DNA from: Auanema rhodensis
Lineage: Eukaryota > Animalia > Nematoda
Length of the DNA stretch: 64,000 nt
Reading direction: 5' to 3'
Assembly: GCA_964057225.1 (NCBI GenBank)
Contig: OZ059899.1
Location: 14,818,001 to 14,882,000 of the forward strand
The notes under the pieces are model-generated. The model saw only the letters and a program-made list of their open reading frames with translations. It was not told the DNA's origin and ran no database searches. This document shows, piece after piece, positions 38,738 to 54,116 of the stretch. The translations under genes and the position numbers were made by a program. How positions within the stretch are numbered: the first letter of the stretch is position 1; every line of letters begins with the position of its first letter.

Positions 38738-41700
38738 TTTCTAGGGAAAAATAATATTTTGGCTGAAAAAAGAGTAAAGAAATAATAATAATATTAATGA
38801 AAATATCTCATAAATTCTCTATTTATGTATATAAATCATTATATTAAGTTTCTATTGCTAGGCCAAAAATTAGATTATTTCCAAAAAAAATATTCGAAAA
38901 ATTTCCAAATGAAAATGAATTTTAATCGTATATGAATGTGATGATGTGTTACCATGACAACACATAGATAGATCACACATGCACATACAGAAAGACTCAA
39001 TTATTAATTTTTGATTTTTTCATAAAAGGTAAACATCAAAAGTTTTGCAGATTATATATATATCTATAGATAGATTTATAGATAGATATAACACTAAGCA
39101 TAAATATTTTTTCTATAAATAGATTGATTGGCTAGCTAGCTCAGAGCTCAGCTCAGCTAACCAATCATCTCCAATGCCTATAGGCGCCTGATATATGAAA
39201 CTAGCAAGCAAGTAAAGCACACACACACACACACACATATATTTGAATATACAGCATTTTCTGCAGCCATAAGCTCATTGTTAAAAGGTTTTTTTGCTTT
39301 ATTCTATTCGAGAATTGTATGATCAATACTTGAAAGAAGAATTTTAAGGATACTTTTATTCTGGAATATAGTAATCAATTGGCTTTTCCTATATCTTCTC
39401 CCTATCTATCTATCTCCCCCCTCCACCATTCTCCTCTCACTTCATTCATCCACTATTCTCATACTTGGTCTCTATTCAATAGGATACAAGCTCAATAATG
39501 ATGTCGGCTTCATTCAATATATCCTTCTACAGTCTCTATAGGCTACTTCGTCTCCCTTCTAGCAATATTCCTCTTCCACTCCCAATCCCACCCCCCCCCC
39601 CTTTCCCTACTCCCTGTCATCTCCCATACTTTGTTGTATTTTCTCTCTTCTTTCTAGTCGGATATTCAGACCATAAAAGAGATATTGAACGAGTTTGAAG
39701 TCGTGTGCCTTGTGTATGCCACGTGCCCTCTAAATGTTTCTGCCACCATCTGGTCGAACGACCTTGCCGTTGTGATGCAACTGAAAGAACGGCATTCACA
39801 TTTCGACAGCAGCACAATCATCGTGATCATGGGTGATGGTTATGTGCGCCAAAACATGCTCTGCCGCTTAGCTCGAAGATCTGCAACGAATCGTCTTGAC
39901 GGCTTGTCGGCACTTGATGCTGCACATGTCACCACGCTGTTTCCTTCCAGCACATCTATTACCTCGATCTCTCTGTGTGACATTCTTGTAATCCGTGGAT
40001 TTTCGTTTGCCTTTCGCGCACAATGACCTCTTCACTACCATCATTTTCCCTCAAAACATCTGCTCTGCTATATTTTCTTTTTCTCAGCTCTCTCTCCATT
40101 ACCCAATTACATAGCCTATAATCTTTAATGATGTACATTTCTTTTTTTTTCTTCTTCAACAAACATCTGCCAGCTGCTTTCTGACCTGCCGACCGACCGG
40201 CCAACCGATGAGCCACTCCCTTGTCCCACTCCCTTGCCCTACTACTGACTATATACTCATCACATTGTTTCTCTCATGATATTTCTCTCCCTCATTTCTT
40301 TCTCTTTTCCTCTCTCTTTACTTAATCTTTATCCAAATGTTGTTGATTTAAAGTTTCATTTCATGCGATTATCACAAAGTTCTTCATTAAAAACTCACAA
40401 ATTTCAGTTGATAACTAACTAAAATATTTTCAAATAGAATACACTATGTGTTGATACTATGCTATCAATGTATTTGTTACTTTTTGCCCCTTCCATCCCT
40501 TCTATCTCTCCCCCCCCCTCTCTCTCTCTCCCCCTTCTTTCTCTCTCTTGGTCCATTTTCACATATTATTTTTTGGTTAATAGCCTATCCTTACTACCCA
40601 TATGATTGAATTTTTCATACATTTCGTTAACTATACGTATATATGTCATACAAATTCTCATATTTTCATATCAACTACAATCGAAACATTGTAATCATCT
40701 AGGCCGTTAACCAGGCTTGTTACATACCCCTTCCCCTCCCCCCCCCTTTTCCCACTAACACTCCTTTCCTACTTTCCCGACCTCTCCACTATTCTCATTC
40801 ATGCTACATCTCATATGCATGTCCAGTTATGCTCCCAGAGAGCAACACTGCTCTTTCAATTTTCTCACACCACTGAAGTCTTAGCGTTACGTTTTATGTC
40901 TTCTGATGCGGAATGAAGATGAAGAAGAAAGACCAAGTTATCAGAAACTCATGAAAAATGACCATAAGATGCGCATGTACAATCATAAAGTTCAATAGGT
41001 CATCATGAAGTTGATGAAAAAGTTTGTAAGTCTGTGTCATTACAGCATTATGCTCATCTTCATCATCATCATCACACATATACAACATTCTTCCCATCAT
41101 CATCCTTATGTTAATCACTTCTTCTTCTCCTTCTTCCTGTTTCTTCTTCTTTTTCGTCTTCCTCCATTCATTCATCATCATGATGATCAAGAAGAATACA
41201 GAAAAAGAGGAATAACATTTTCTCTCTCGCTCTCTTTAGTGAATACGAATCCTTTTTTCAAACCTGAACAAGCTTTTTGACCTTTTATCTAATGTGTATA
41301 TGTATATGTATATGTATAAACATCATAAAGATAAAAAACTTGTTCTCCTTCTCTTTACTAATCACATTCACCCTCTCTCCCTCCCTTCTTACTCTTCTCA
41401 TCTTTTCTTCACCCTTTAACCTTCTATAACAACACAACCATTTCATTATATTTTTAACATTTTAACTTCTTCTCCCCTTTTACCTCTTTTCCACTTTTCC
41501 CTCTTATTCTTCTCCTTCTATTCTATTTTCACCCTCTCGTCTACATACATCTTCCCATCTTCATTCGTTCAGTCGTTTCCCACCAACACCAAATCTTTAC
41601 ATCGCTAGCCACCCTTTTTCATTGCAAAAATTGCCGGATATAACTCTTTTTAACACCATATTGTACATCCAATTGTGTATCAACATCTCTCTCTCTCTCT

Positions 41701-44700
41701 CTCTCCCTCTCTCTTTCTCTCTCTCTCTCTCTCCTCTCTCTTTCTCTTGATCTCATCTCTCACATATATTCCAAGTATAATCAAGCGATTTTTATAAAAA
41801 TTTGGAACTGAACAACGGATCATCCTTTTCACTCCCATTTAAACTTTGAAACAAAACTTTAAAACTTGATTTGAGCATAGTGAGTATGTGTTCGTCTTCT
41901 GGTACAATTGTATCACTTGCTCATAGCCCATTTATAGTTTTCATCATCATCTCAACACGTATTTCCTGCGCTTTCTCTCCGTCCTATTCTCTTTTCCTCA
42001 ACTTCTTTACCTCATAATCTGTGTCTCTTGATTCTATATGCTATTTCCATGCTAATATTGCCGATTAGAAGGGCTACACATAACCCTTTAGACGGCAAAT
42101 ATTTATTCGAGAATGAGGCACTATCCACATTCGAACACAATCTCTTCATTTCTCGACCTCGTATGCCCCACCTTCTGATAACTGCACAAGTAAAGTAGCC
42201 GTTGTCAGTTCAATACACTCATATTCCTTCGTTTTTTTCTTGCGATCTTCAAGAGAAATTCACTAATAATACATACAAATCATGTTTTATTTTAATAAGA
42301 TTATCCTCATCTCATACTTCTATATTATTTCCGCCGAGTTGTCTTTGGGATTCGCTTCTCTCATCAGACTCTTAACCTCTTCTCTCATCTTCATTATTCA
42401 TTTGTTTCCTGGTTGTAAATGTCTATCAGATGTGATTAGATAGTGGAAGCTTTACATCTGAATCAAATCTCAGCTTCAAGCTTCAGGAAAGGTTAGTTCC
42501 TTTCGGCTATCACTTTCTCTCTCTATCTCTCAATAGCTTATTCTCTTAGTCTTTGTATTTCACCTACCCCATTGCAACCTCCCTTTACCTCCCTTTTCTC
42601 CATTTTTTGCTGCCATCCTCTTTCTCATTCTCTCATCTACTGCCCATATTCAACACTATTCTCAAACTTCATCCATTTTTACTCCTGGCTAGAAATCTTT
42701 GCTCTCTTGCTCTTTGCCCGATTACTTGTTCCTGCGTGCCGTCAGCCTTCGACATCGTTCGTCTTTTTCTTTCATTTTCATCGATGTCGTCGTTGTTCTC
42801 GTCGTAGTCTTCATCATCCAGAGTAACGCATGGCCAGCCTGCATTTGCTGTCAAGCTTGTCGTCAAAGAGTTGGAATAGAAGTAACATTCAACTATTTCC
42901 CATTCTTCTCTCCCATATGTTCAAACATGTCGATCAGCCTTTTCTTTCAGACAGTTCTTTCCCCGTTGGCTGCAAGCCAATCGTCTTTCCAACCCTCATT
43001 TTCCCGCTTTTTTCTCCTTTTTTCATACAGTTTTTTCTCTTCGTATACACAGCCGTTATACGACACCCTCTTTACGTCCCTCTCTCTCTCTTCCTTTTTT
43101 TCGCACTCTCTCGATCTCTCTGTATCTCTATCTTGTTCTCGCTCGCCGTCTTCTCCCTCATTTTTGCCGACTTTGTCATCATCGTTTTGGGAGAATTTTT
43201 TGAAGCAAATAAACCGGATGGTCAATGTTCATGTCATGCCGAACCTCAACAACGTTACTTACCCTGTCATTTCATTTAATTTCGTTTTTCTAACTCAAGC
43301 TTAGCGATCAAAATTTCAAAAAAAAAACGAAAAAAGGCTAAGATGTTAGTAGAATGAACTATGATTGTAAAATGCTATAAAACCATTTTTGAAATCTGAA
43401 AAGACCTTTCTTCAACTATCCCACTCTACAACTATCTATAGTAAACGTCACCATCTTTGTTATTCATTTTCTATTTTACAAACTTTGATCAATCTCTCCT
43501 TCTCCCCTTCTCTCTTTCTCTCTTTCTCTCTCTACAATCACTTGTCCTGATTTATAAAAAAAATGTTTTTTTTGTCATTTCTATAAGAAAACAACATATT
43601 TCTCATAGTTTTTTCATTTTTTAGATAAAATTATCTAAACGTTTTCAACTTTTAACAATTATTTCTCTTTCAATCTATATTTGAACTCGTTTTTCATTGA
43701 CTATTCTATAGAAAATATGATTTTCTACGTGAATAAACATTGATTGATTCATACAGATTAACCTCAATTTTCTTTTTTCAAATAAGGTAATTTTGAAATT
43801 TCAAAAATCATCTTTCTTCTTCTCCCCCTCCTCTCTCACTCTCTCTCTCCCTCTTTACTTACTTAAGCTCTTCAACTTCTACATTTTCTATCTTTTCATC
43901 TAAATTTCATTTACTTACGATCATTGTATTCTTATCAGGATGTTGTCTGTCTGAAGTTTTCCTTCTTCTCTTGTCTTATTCTTGGTTTTCTCTTTTTGTT
44001 CTTCAACAAGCACAGATACAGACATTGCGGGAGGTTTATAAGAGATAAGAAAAAACCTTTCTGCTCAAGACCACGTGTTGTTTTCCGATTTTTCTTTTGT
44101 CATCTCGTGTGGCCAAAGCTATAAAATATTTCACTTAACATCCTCGCCGACCGTTACTCTTCCAGCGAGTGAATCATTCAATTATCCCTCTTCTCCTCTT
44201 TGTCTTCATTTCTTTCACCCTTTTCTACTTATTCATATCCCCTCCTTGTTCTGTTTTTCTGCTTCTCTTCAGTCTCTTACACTCTCTCTTTGTTTCATTC
44301 TTATGTAAAAGTTATCATGTCTCTTCTGTACTAAGCTATGTTCATTGTGAAGTCTTAGTGCTTCTCTCTCTCTCTCTCTTTCTCTCTCTCTCGGATGAGG
44401 TCGTACCGCGTACGGGGCTACTGCCGGTTTATATCCAATTCTCTGCTGTCTCCCGGATCCAAATACATCCATAAGCCAGCTAATCAAGGCATTCAGATGA
44501 ATACAACGAGACAGAACATCTGCTATCTCTCATGCTTCTATCATCTCTTCTCTTGATCATCTCTGGCATTTACGGTTCCGTTCAGGATTTCCATTAGAAT
44601 ACTGAGAGCATGACCGACTGACAGAGAGGGAGGGAGAGAGAGAGAGAGAGAGAGTGGGTGAGAAGCAGAGAATAAGTGTGCTCAGATCAGCTCATCCACA

Positions 44701-46395
44701 TACCCTCGGATGATGGTAGTCCGTTAGTTAGTTAGTCCAGCTCTCTGTTTGGCTCCCTCTCTACTTCTCCCTCCTTTTAGCTCCATTTTTCCTTTTTTCA
44801 TTCAAATTTTATGTAAATATATTCCATTTTCTCTTTTCATATATTGAAATGATTCAAAGAGCTCTGATATATCGCATTATTCAACTTCTTTTCTCTTTTC
44901 ATCTTAAATATATTCATTTTCCTATATTTTCCACTTAAAGGTGAGCAGGTTAAGAATGGTTTTACCTACATTAGATGCTTCTTTTCACCTTTACTAGGAT
45001 AAAAGCTTGGGTTCCATCTCACATATCCTGTAATAGCCTCCCTCATCCATGTCATCATCTCACTTAAGTTGACCTGTCCTGACCGCATATGTATATGCAA
45101 AAGAGAGAGCAATAAGAATGTTAAGAGAGAGCGAGGGAGAGAGAGAGAGAATGAGAGAGCGAGAAGAATGGATCTAGGTCTTGCTTCACATCCTCATATT
45201 CACATATCTTTCTATTTTCCATATACATACATACATTATAACATCATCAAACCAAAACCAAATACTATATTTCGCTCATTCATCTCATGCTATTCGATGA
45301 TTTTCAGCTTCGTTTCATCCGTATTTCAATTCATTTTGCTGATACTTTATTATCATTTTTTTCCACCAAAATCTGATGCTTTCCACTGGTTTTGCCATTC
45401 TCATCTATCATTTTCTCACAGCCACTTCGTCATCTTGATCTTCTTCTACGCCGTCGTTGTCGTCGTCGTTGTGTTCCACAACCACCTCACTATCTTCTTT
45501 CCTTTTTTCTTTTTTTTTATTTCCTTTGTTGAAATATATTCATCTGTTTCAATCTGTCTCTTTTTCTTCTTCATCATCATCATCATCTTCTTCTTCTTCG
45601 TATATGCCAGGCAATGAATCGTTCCTCGCCAGCTAACGCTGTCTTCATTGGCCTTTTGCAGCTGTTATATGGTCATCAAACAGGTTTTTTTGGGGCTGTG
45701 CAGATAGATGACATGCAAAAGCAAACCTGTGTCAATCACATAATGATCTTCTATACTTTCATGTGTCGTTTTTTTATTTTGTTTGAGCTCTCCATAAGTT
45801 GTTGCAACAACATCAACGGCTATTTCACTCATGCTTATTCGTTTGCTTGGCTTGTCTCGTAAAGCAACTTTGCTTGAACTCTTCTGATTATCATTTCTCT
45901 TCATCTTATCCCCTTTGCTTTTCCCATTCTCCTCTTCCCTCTCTCTCGCTCTATTACGTTTTCTCATCTCATCTCCCCAGAGGTTATGCTCTCAGCTGCA
46001 AGCATAGTTGTGAAATTCCTAAGGTGATTTCAAGATATGCCATACTCACTCACCCTTATCTTCAAAGCCTATTACACATCTTACGAACATGACCGAAAGT
46101 GTGGAAATGCTTTGTCACTCTGCTCTTCTCTCTTTCCTTCAAATTCAAATGCTCATTTTTCTTTTTTCCCTTTGCAAAACTTTGTAATTCTTTAAAGCTT
46201 TAGTTGAAAAGCACCTGTCTCGTCCATTTATTTCAAAAATTCTTCAATTTGATTCATTCTCATCTCACATATATACGAGTTTTGATGAGCGAGAACAACG
46301 ATTCTTTGACTTTGTGGCGTAAAATTTCGAAACAAAAACACGAATAGATTCTCTTTTCTGATTGAATATAGAAAAATTTGAAAAAAAAAAGAAAA

Positions 46396-46520
46396 GAACA
46401 ACCGATTGTGGACATCTGCTGATCGAAATGAAATACATCTCTATGTCATTCGTCGTCGTCGCTAAAACTTGTCACGTAAATCCACGTGAGATAGCTCAAG
46501 TATGTATATTTATGCTAAAT
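46396..46520 (-). promoter_or_regulatory. Dispersed composite element, copy E7 (reverse orientation, longer spacing)
   Basis: On +: AACAACCG ending 46404, CACGTA 46473, CACGTG 46483, TATGCTAAAT 46511-46520. Confidence 0.4.
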
Positions 46521-47003
46521 ATGAAGAGTATATTCTCTTTTTTTCTTAAAATAGATTAGTTGAGAGAGAAGAAAGGAGAGAAGGACCAGAGATAAAGAAA
46601 TATCGAGCAAGCACGAGAGAAACAGAGAGAAGGGAGGAAGAGAAAAACGTGAAAACTAGAGAAAAGACTTAGAAATGGCAGAATGATGAAGGAGAAACAA
46701 GAAAGAAAATGGCTAATGCTGTGTCCAACTCATTCAACTGGCTAGAGAGCGTCTGCAAAAACGGGAGAGATGGAGAGAGCCCTCACGTCGTCGTGCCAGT
46801 CCACTATCGACTGGCCAGCAGAGCGAGCTGCTCGTCGCTCCAGCCCGGCCATCCAACCTCCTTTGCCCGTCCCAGTCCTTCTTCTTCTTCTTTTCTCTTT
46901 TTCTTCTTTCTTTCTCTTTCTCACTCACATTAGCTCCTCTCTCATATGCTCTTGAATTCTCATGCACCCTAATTCACTTCCTAAGCCCATCATGTCTCTC
47001 TCG

Positions 47004-47044
<41 letters not shown>

Positions 47045-50000
47045 TCTCTTGTCTGTTTCCCTACCTCCTAGCTATTTTTCTTCATCTGCCTTCCAGTTCA
47101 GCTTCTCAACTCTCCTCTTCTCTTTTTTGCTTCTCATTTCACTCTTACTCTCCCTTTTCGTCAATGTGTGCTGCTACTGACTGCTGCCGGCTGGTTAGCT
47201 TGCTCTGGCCTGCCTAGTCCGAGCGACCGGCCATCCGTTGGCTCGGCCGTCTGATCGTCCACATCTCATTTTTGCGGTTTTCCCTCCATTTCATTACTTC
47301 TGCTTTTATTCTCGATCTAGAATTTCTAATTAGAACATGCTATCAGCGTTTTTCTTCAATTATGAAGCTTAAAAAATTATTTTTTTTCATGTTTCATCTA
47401 TGTTTCGTACAATTTTGATTTTTAAAAAAAGTTTAAAACGGACGAGATTCAGCTGTAAATTAAGAAAATAAAATCTCAGAATTGCCCGCAGCTTTATATC
47501 TTTCAAATTTCGACAAAATACTTTCAATTTATGGTTCTATCTACCTGCTGCAAACTTCCTGATAGCTTTTTCCTCTTATTATGTTCCCGCATTCAACGTC
47601 CTCCCTCCCTCCCTCCCCCCCTCTCTATCTCTCTATATTCATTTCTTTTCCCTTATATGCGTGCGTGTATCGGCTCAAATCATCCATCACTTCCATACTA
47701 TGTGCCATTTTCTACTAGTATTGGAAGCCGTTATTCGTATGCTTTTCCCTTTAATTGGTAATTGGATGTATCTGTAGCTTACCCCCCCCCCTTCTCTTCC
47801 TTCTTCAACATCGTTTTCTTCATAACGGCACCCTCATACACATCCCGTTTTCCTCTTTTAGTTCCTATCGTTCTCTTCTGTATTTGGTCTTTTTCACTAT
47901 TTTTGTGAAGAAGAAGTTTCAGATCGTTTTCGTGAAAAGTTTTAAGTTTTATTCCAATTTTTCGGTTTCTATTCTCCTCCTGCTTCGCCTCTACTACCTT
48001 CTAGACTCTTTTTTCGCTCCCCCATTTTCTAATTTCCAAAGAAAGACTCTTAAAACGAAATTAAGAATCTTTTAACGGCTCTCCAGCATTATCTGCCATT
48101 GATCTTCATCTTTCATTTTGCCCAGTCATTTCTCTCATTTTCCGCAGATTCATTAGAAAAAACTTGGAAAAATCCATGGAATCGCACGGCTGACTCAGCC
48201 ACCTGACGGCAATTTTTGTGTGTGTGTGACAAGTTTCATGAAAAAACTTCACCTGTCCTCACCCTAATATAGGGTTTCCTTCTCTCTCTCTTTCTTCTTT
48301 CCTCTCTCTCTAATTTCTTTTTGTGTGAACTTAATTACCTTCCATTTGCCAATCTTCTCGACCTATTTAGTATGTCGTATATGCTTAAATCAAACTAGAT
48401 GAGACATATATAGTATATAGTAAATGAATTTTTTGAACATATAATAATGGTTAGTGTCAATTATCTACTGTCGCTACTCATTTCTTTGTATTTTTATTGA
48501 ATAATTGCTTAAACAACAGGTAGAACTGATGTTGAACTTGCCGCCGTTTTTGAAACTTTCTAGTTCTTCCTTCCACCTCTCTCTCTCATCTCTCTCTCTC
48601 TCTCTCTTTTTATTTCTCTGTTAATCTCTCTAATTGGCTATTATAATCTGTTTGCTCGAATTTGATCTTCTTGTTCTTCTGAAGACATATGTCATCATAT
48701 CTTTTCTTTAATTTCCATTTATAGCTCTCTTACACTGCTCCAATATGCTTGTTCTCCTGTATATGTGCAAACCCAGCTGTCGTTGGCGTCGTCATCGTCA
48801 GCGTCTAACTCGTACCAAGTCGCTGTCGGTCCTGTCCATTGCCTGTCCAATGAGCAGGCAGATTATTGCTACTGCTGCTGCTTGTTGCTGCTGCTGGTGC
48901 TGTTGAGGCTGTTGCTGTTACTTCTATGCCTGGCCGGAGGAGGGCGGCATGCCTGTCTCTGCCTGCCTTCATTTCAGAGGCAGCCAGAAATGGCCAAGCT
49001 CCTTCTAGCTACACACCAGTCAGCCTGCCAGCCAGCCTATTCATCTAGCCAATATTGAAATAACTAATGCAACCCTACTAACCAATTGACGCACTGACTG
49101 AAGATTACGTTTGCGACATCCACCCGTCTTCGACGACTACTCAACGCTGTTTCGCTGTCGTCGCCGTCGTCGATCTGGTTCAATCGTGGCGCGACGTCTG
49201 GTAGTAGGAGACAGATGGCCGTCGGAGACCCGATCGGCGATGGGAACAACGCATTTTTGGCGCCAGAATCTTGAAAACGCTAGAATATATGTTGCTTAAG
49301 AGAGTTTGAGAGATACAAAATAAAGAGTCCGAATTAGGGAAAGGCCATATGTGAAGTTTGTGGCGAAACGCCAAGAAATGAGAACGAGATAGATAGATGG
49401 CCATTGAGAGAAATAGAGAGAGAGGACTATAATAGTTTGAGTAAAAGACATAAAAAAGAAATGAAGAGAAATTGTAAGGGGGGGGAGGTGCTAGTAGAAA
49501 GAGGTGGTTAGTGGTTGGGGGGGTAGGGGGTGGGTGAAAAAGGCTCGGCCTTGAAATAGGCAGACGGTAACCTCTGTTCTTCTTTTCATACCGAGCTCAA
49601 CATACGTCTATGCTGTTGCCTGACATGATGATGCAAGCATTTTCCTCTATTACCTCCTTGAATTTTCATAAAATATTCAGAAACATCTATATGAAAACTG
49701 CTCTTTATCTCTTCTATATTCAGCTTCTTAGCAGAAGTTTTGACGACGCTGATACTCATCAACGTTGTCGTCTTCAGCGTCATTTTCTTCTATTTCATCT
49801 GAGTCTACATATGACAAATCATATATTTTTATTCACTTCATCCATTATTCAGCATGCTTGATGATGTTTCATCTTCTTTTTAAATTCGTTGTCTGGGTTT
49901 TGCTTCTGCTTGTTCCGGCTGCAACTCATTGCGAGCTAAGAATACTTCAAAACCAAAAATCAGCCATTTGAAAAGCTTATTGTCACCAAAAAAAAGTTTC

Positions 50001-53000
50001 AACACAATGCTTTTGGCTGGCCTAGGATTGTGTCTTTGAATAGCATGCAAAAGGAAGGAAAGATAGAAAAGAGAAATAGATATTATGATGAATAAGATGA
50101 AGATATGCATCTGTCTTTGGAGCTATTTCTCATTTTCTCCTGATTTCAACTGAAAATGACGACGATTTGCCGGTACTGGCTGTTGGATGTGCCGAAACGG
50201 TCAGCAACTATCCTGTCCCCCCTGCACCCTCTCTCTCTATCTTTCTCTCTCTATCTTCCTTTTCCTAAATAATCTTCCTTTTGCATTGTTTCTCCAGGTT
50301 CATTTCCACGTCTCTTTATGTATCTTTTCTGATTTTATCTCTTTTAGTTCAATCGCCACCGAAGTTGCAAATTATTCTTTTGACTTCTTTATGCGCTCGT
50401 GCGTGCGCCAGTCTGAAACCGTTGTGTAGCCAGACAGACGATTTGTATCCTCTTCTGCGATTCGTTTAGTTGACTTTCCTCTTCCTTATCCTCCTTCTGT
50501 CACCTTTCCACCAACCACGTCTGTCTGCCGACCGTGTAGGTAGACAGATGACGATCAAAGATGCAACAAGATTTCATCTCTTCATCCTTGTCTGATGTAT
50601 ATAGTTTGTATGTTCTTCAGATATTTTCCGTATAATCGTTTCATTTCAAACCATTTAGAGAGAAAGAGAGAGAAATACATCTCTCCACTCTCAATGCTAT
50701 AGAATTAGGCTGCAAGTTCAAAAACTAGCAAACTTATAAAGCATTATATCTATATATAGACGAAGCCCTCATTCAATTCATATTGCTTTTCAATATCAGA
50801 CGCTGATTTAAAAGAATTTTTGTATGATCTTTGGCTTTTAATGGTAAAAATAATTTATCAGATGATGATGATGATAGAAAGTCCATTTCTACATACACTT
50901 TGTCTTCAGCTCTTCTTTTTTTTTCGTTTTTCTTTCGACATTTGCCATTGTTATCATCATGACCTGTACCATGTTCCTCATCTAGTTACAATCAAATTCT
51001 TCTCTCTCTCTCTTTCTCTCGTAAATCTCTCTCTCTAAGTCTCTCTTTCTATCTCTCAATCTCTCTATCTTTCGTTTTCTTGTATTACCCATCACTCTTC
51101 TGCTCAGTCAAACAGGTTAGACAGGTGGCTGTGGTCCGGATCATGATAGGGCAAGTGCATACTCGTTGTGCCCGGGCCTGGCTGTCGACGACTCCTCCTT
51201 CTCCTCTTCTCATAGTTCTTATTCAGAAGACTCATATCATTCCATCGTTCGGAACATTCATCGTTTTTACGACGACGAGCTATGGCGTATACAGTCTTCT
51301 GAAGGCAATCACACACTCACATATACGTAGACTTGTGCTGACGTTGTGAAGACGTTCGCTCTATCGTCAGTCACCTTATCGCACAGCAATCTTCCACGTT
51401 CCCTTTGATCTCTCGTCATTTCTCTCTCTCTCTCTTTCAATCTCTGTATTTTCCTCCATATTTCTCTCTATTCTATAATATTTTTCCATTAGCCACACAA
51501 GATTTCTTTATAAAAATCTTACAAAAATATTATTTTTTGAACTTTTTGAGTTTGTTACATAAAAAAGTTTATCTCCATTTATCTTTATTTTAACAATTTT
51601 AATCATTGTTCTGCCGTTATTATTCTTCAAATTTTCATTCTTTCTTAATATATTTTGTTTTCAATCTTATCTATACGTCTATATGTATGACCAAGCACTT
51701 GCGAAAGTATTGATAAACGGAGCCCAAATGATAAAAAATCGTCGAAATACCCGCAAAAACCATTCAACAGTTTCTCGTTAGCATTCAATGCCCATTCTGA
51801 GCTTTATAATTCTTTTCCGACTCTTCGGCCTCTCCACCTATTCCAGGCTATTGCAGTTTGCCATCTTATCAGTGGCTTTCAGTGGCTTTTATCAGTCCGT
51901 CCTCCTCCACCCTTCTATACGGCTCTCTTTCTCTCCCGCTTTGTCAGCTTGTTGTGGGCTTTTTGTCGTCCACCTCTGATGCCCCTTAATGCTACTCCTC
52001 CCACGATCTCGCTCTAGTCATCACTCCACTCTCTCTCTCTCTCTCTAAGTTTCTTGTTATCTCTCTCTATTTCTGTCTCACTCTCGCTAATTCTTTTCCT
52101 CTAAAAAATAGAAACAAAGACCTTTTTGATCATCATCACATCATGACAACGATAAGTTTTTTTTGGCCCTGTATACGCTTGTTATCATTTTTTCTTTTCT
52201 TTAACAAATAACTTATCAAACCATTTTTTTTCCATCTAGAACTTTCGCCGATGTTTTTTCTGTCTTTCCCTCTTTCCATCTTCTAGTTTTCTTCAGTCCT
52301 CTCTAACATCTTTCGGGAGAAAAAGATGAAAGAACAGTTTTTTGAATCTTCCTCAGGTATATGGGTCAGCTGAGCCTTAGAGATCTCTTTCACAGCTCAC
52401 TCTCCTCCAACTTTATAACTTGGCCAACATTTCCGATCTTTTCACTATTTTTCTTGCTTTCAATACTTCTTCTTTCATTTTCAACTTGAAAAGAAGTAAA
52501 AAGTTATCATTATACTTTGAACATTGTTCTTCTTTCTCATTTTCTCTTTTTTCCTTTTTTGCCGATAACTTTACGCAAAATCAGTTACAAATCCGCTTAG
52601 GCTATGTCAGCACTTTTGGTTAAATTGCCGAAAAAGGCTGATCAACACACCAGAACTGATTTTTTTCCCCAAAAATTTGACTCATTGTCATCGTTGACTC
52701 ATCACCTGAAAATTCTTTGTTATGTTTTTTTGTGCCGATATCGAGTGACTTTTGATAGGACACAACTGGCTTCATCTAATTCAAATCATTTATCAAGCTG
52801 CTCAAGCTTAACCTTACTGTTCATTGTTCTTACTTCTCTCTTTATCACTTTCTCTCTCTACCTCTCTCTTTCTCTCTTTCTAATTGCTCATCTCATTTGT
52901 CGTATTTCGTAAGAACAAATGAGAAAAACGTTCAGAGTGAGTACTAATGGCTGAACGATTCCTAAGTATCAGCTGCTGCAACTCCTTGATGATTCCTTTT

Positions 53001-54005
53001 GTCTCTCAAAGATTTACGAAACATATCGAAATTTTTTTCGTCAACATATCTGTTTCTCTCAATTCTCTTCTCGATCATATGCTATTTTTTTCTCTCTCTC
53101 TATTTATAATTCTCTATTATTCCCCCCCCCCTCTCTCTCTCTATCTCACATTCACAGTTTCCTATCGTAATATGTTGCACTCCATCTGATCTATGTCTGA
53201 CGACGATAACTCCGTTGAGGAGAGACGGACGGGCAACCATTTTGCCATCTGGGGCCTTTGACCTTGATGAAAAACTTCTTTTTTCCCTTTTCTCTCCCTC
53301 TCTCATAGCCCCCATGTTGCGAATACGCCACGCTTTTTCGTATTTTTTTGCAAACTTTTTCCTGTTTCTTCACATTGTTTAACCTTTAAGCCACCCTGAA
53401 AGTTTGCATTTTCTTCTACGGCAACATCACTAGCAGCAGCCAGCAGTTTCAGCTCCTCCTTCTTCTCCGTCTTCTATACTATTCAATGTCTCTCTTTCCT
53501 ATCCAGACTGAAGCATTTTAATGTGAAAAATCCTTATTATAATCGTCGTTGTCCTCGTCCTCCTCATCTTCATCGTCGTCGTTTATCTGGAATCCTTGAA
53601 TTATTGAAAAAATATTTTTTCCGTTCCCTTTCAATTGTATTGCAAGTGGTGTTCATCAGAACAGAAAAAAAGTGAAATTTCCCATCCATAACTCCTCCCC
53701 ACCATCATTCCTCTCTCTCACTCTCTCCTTCTCAACTACCACCCCCCCCAGGCGAAATGTCCGAGCATTGCACTTTCGGAGTCTGCTCATCTGAATTCTC
53801 TCACTTTGTGTTTTCTATCGTTTACGTTGTTCCTCCTCTTTTCTCACCCAAGTATCTCTGTTTATAAACTGTCTGCTGTCTCGAAACTTTTCATGTAGCT
53901 CATTCATATTTCGTTGATGTCTTTTTCTTTGTTCAAGCAATGAACCAGTTTCCTTTTTGATCTATCCCCCTCTTTATATTTTCTATTACTCTTTATATTG
54001 AACCG

Positions 54006-54116
<111 letters not shown>

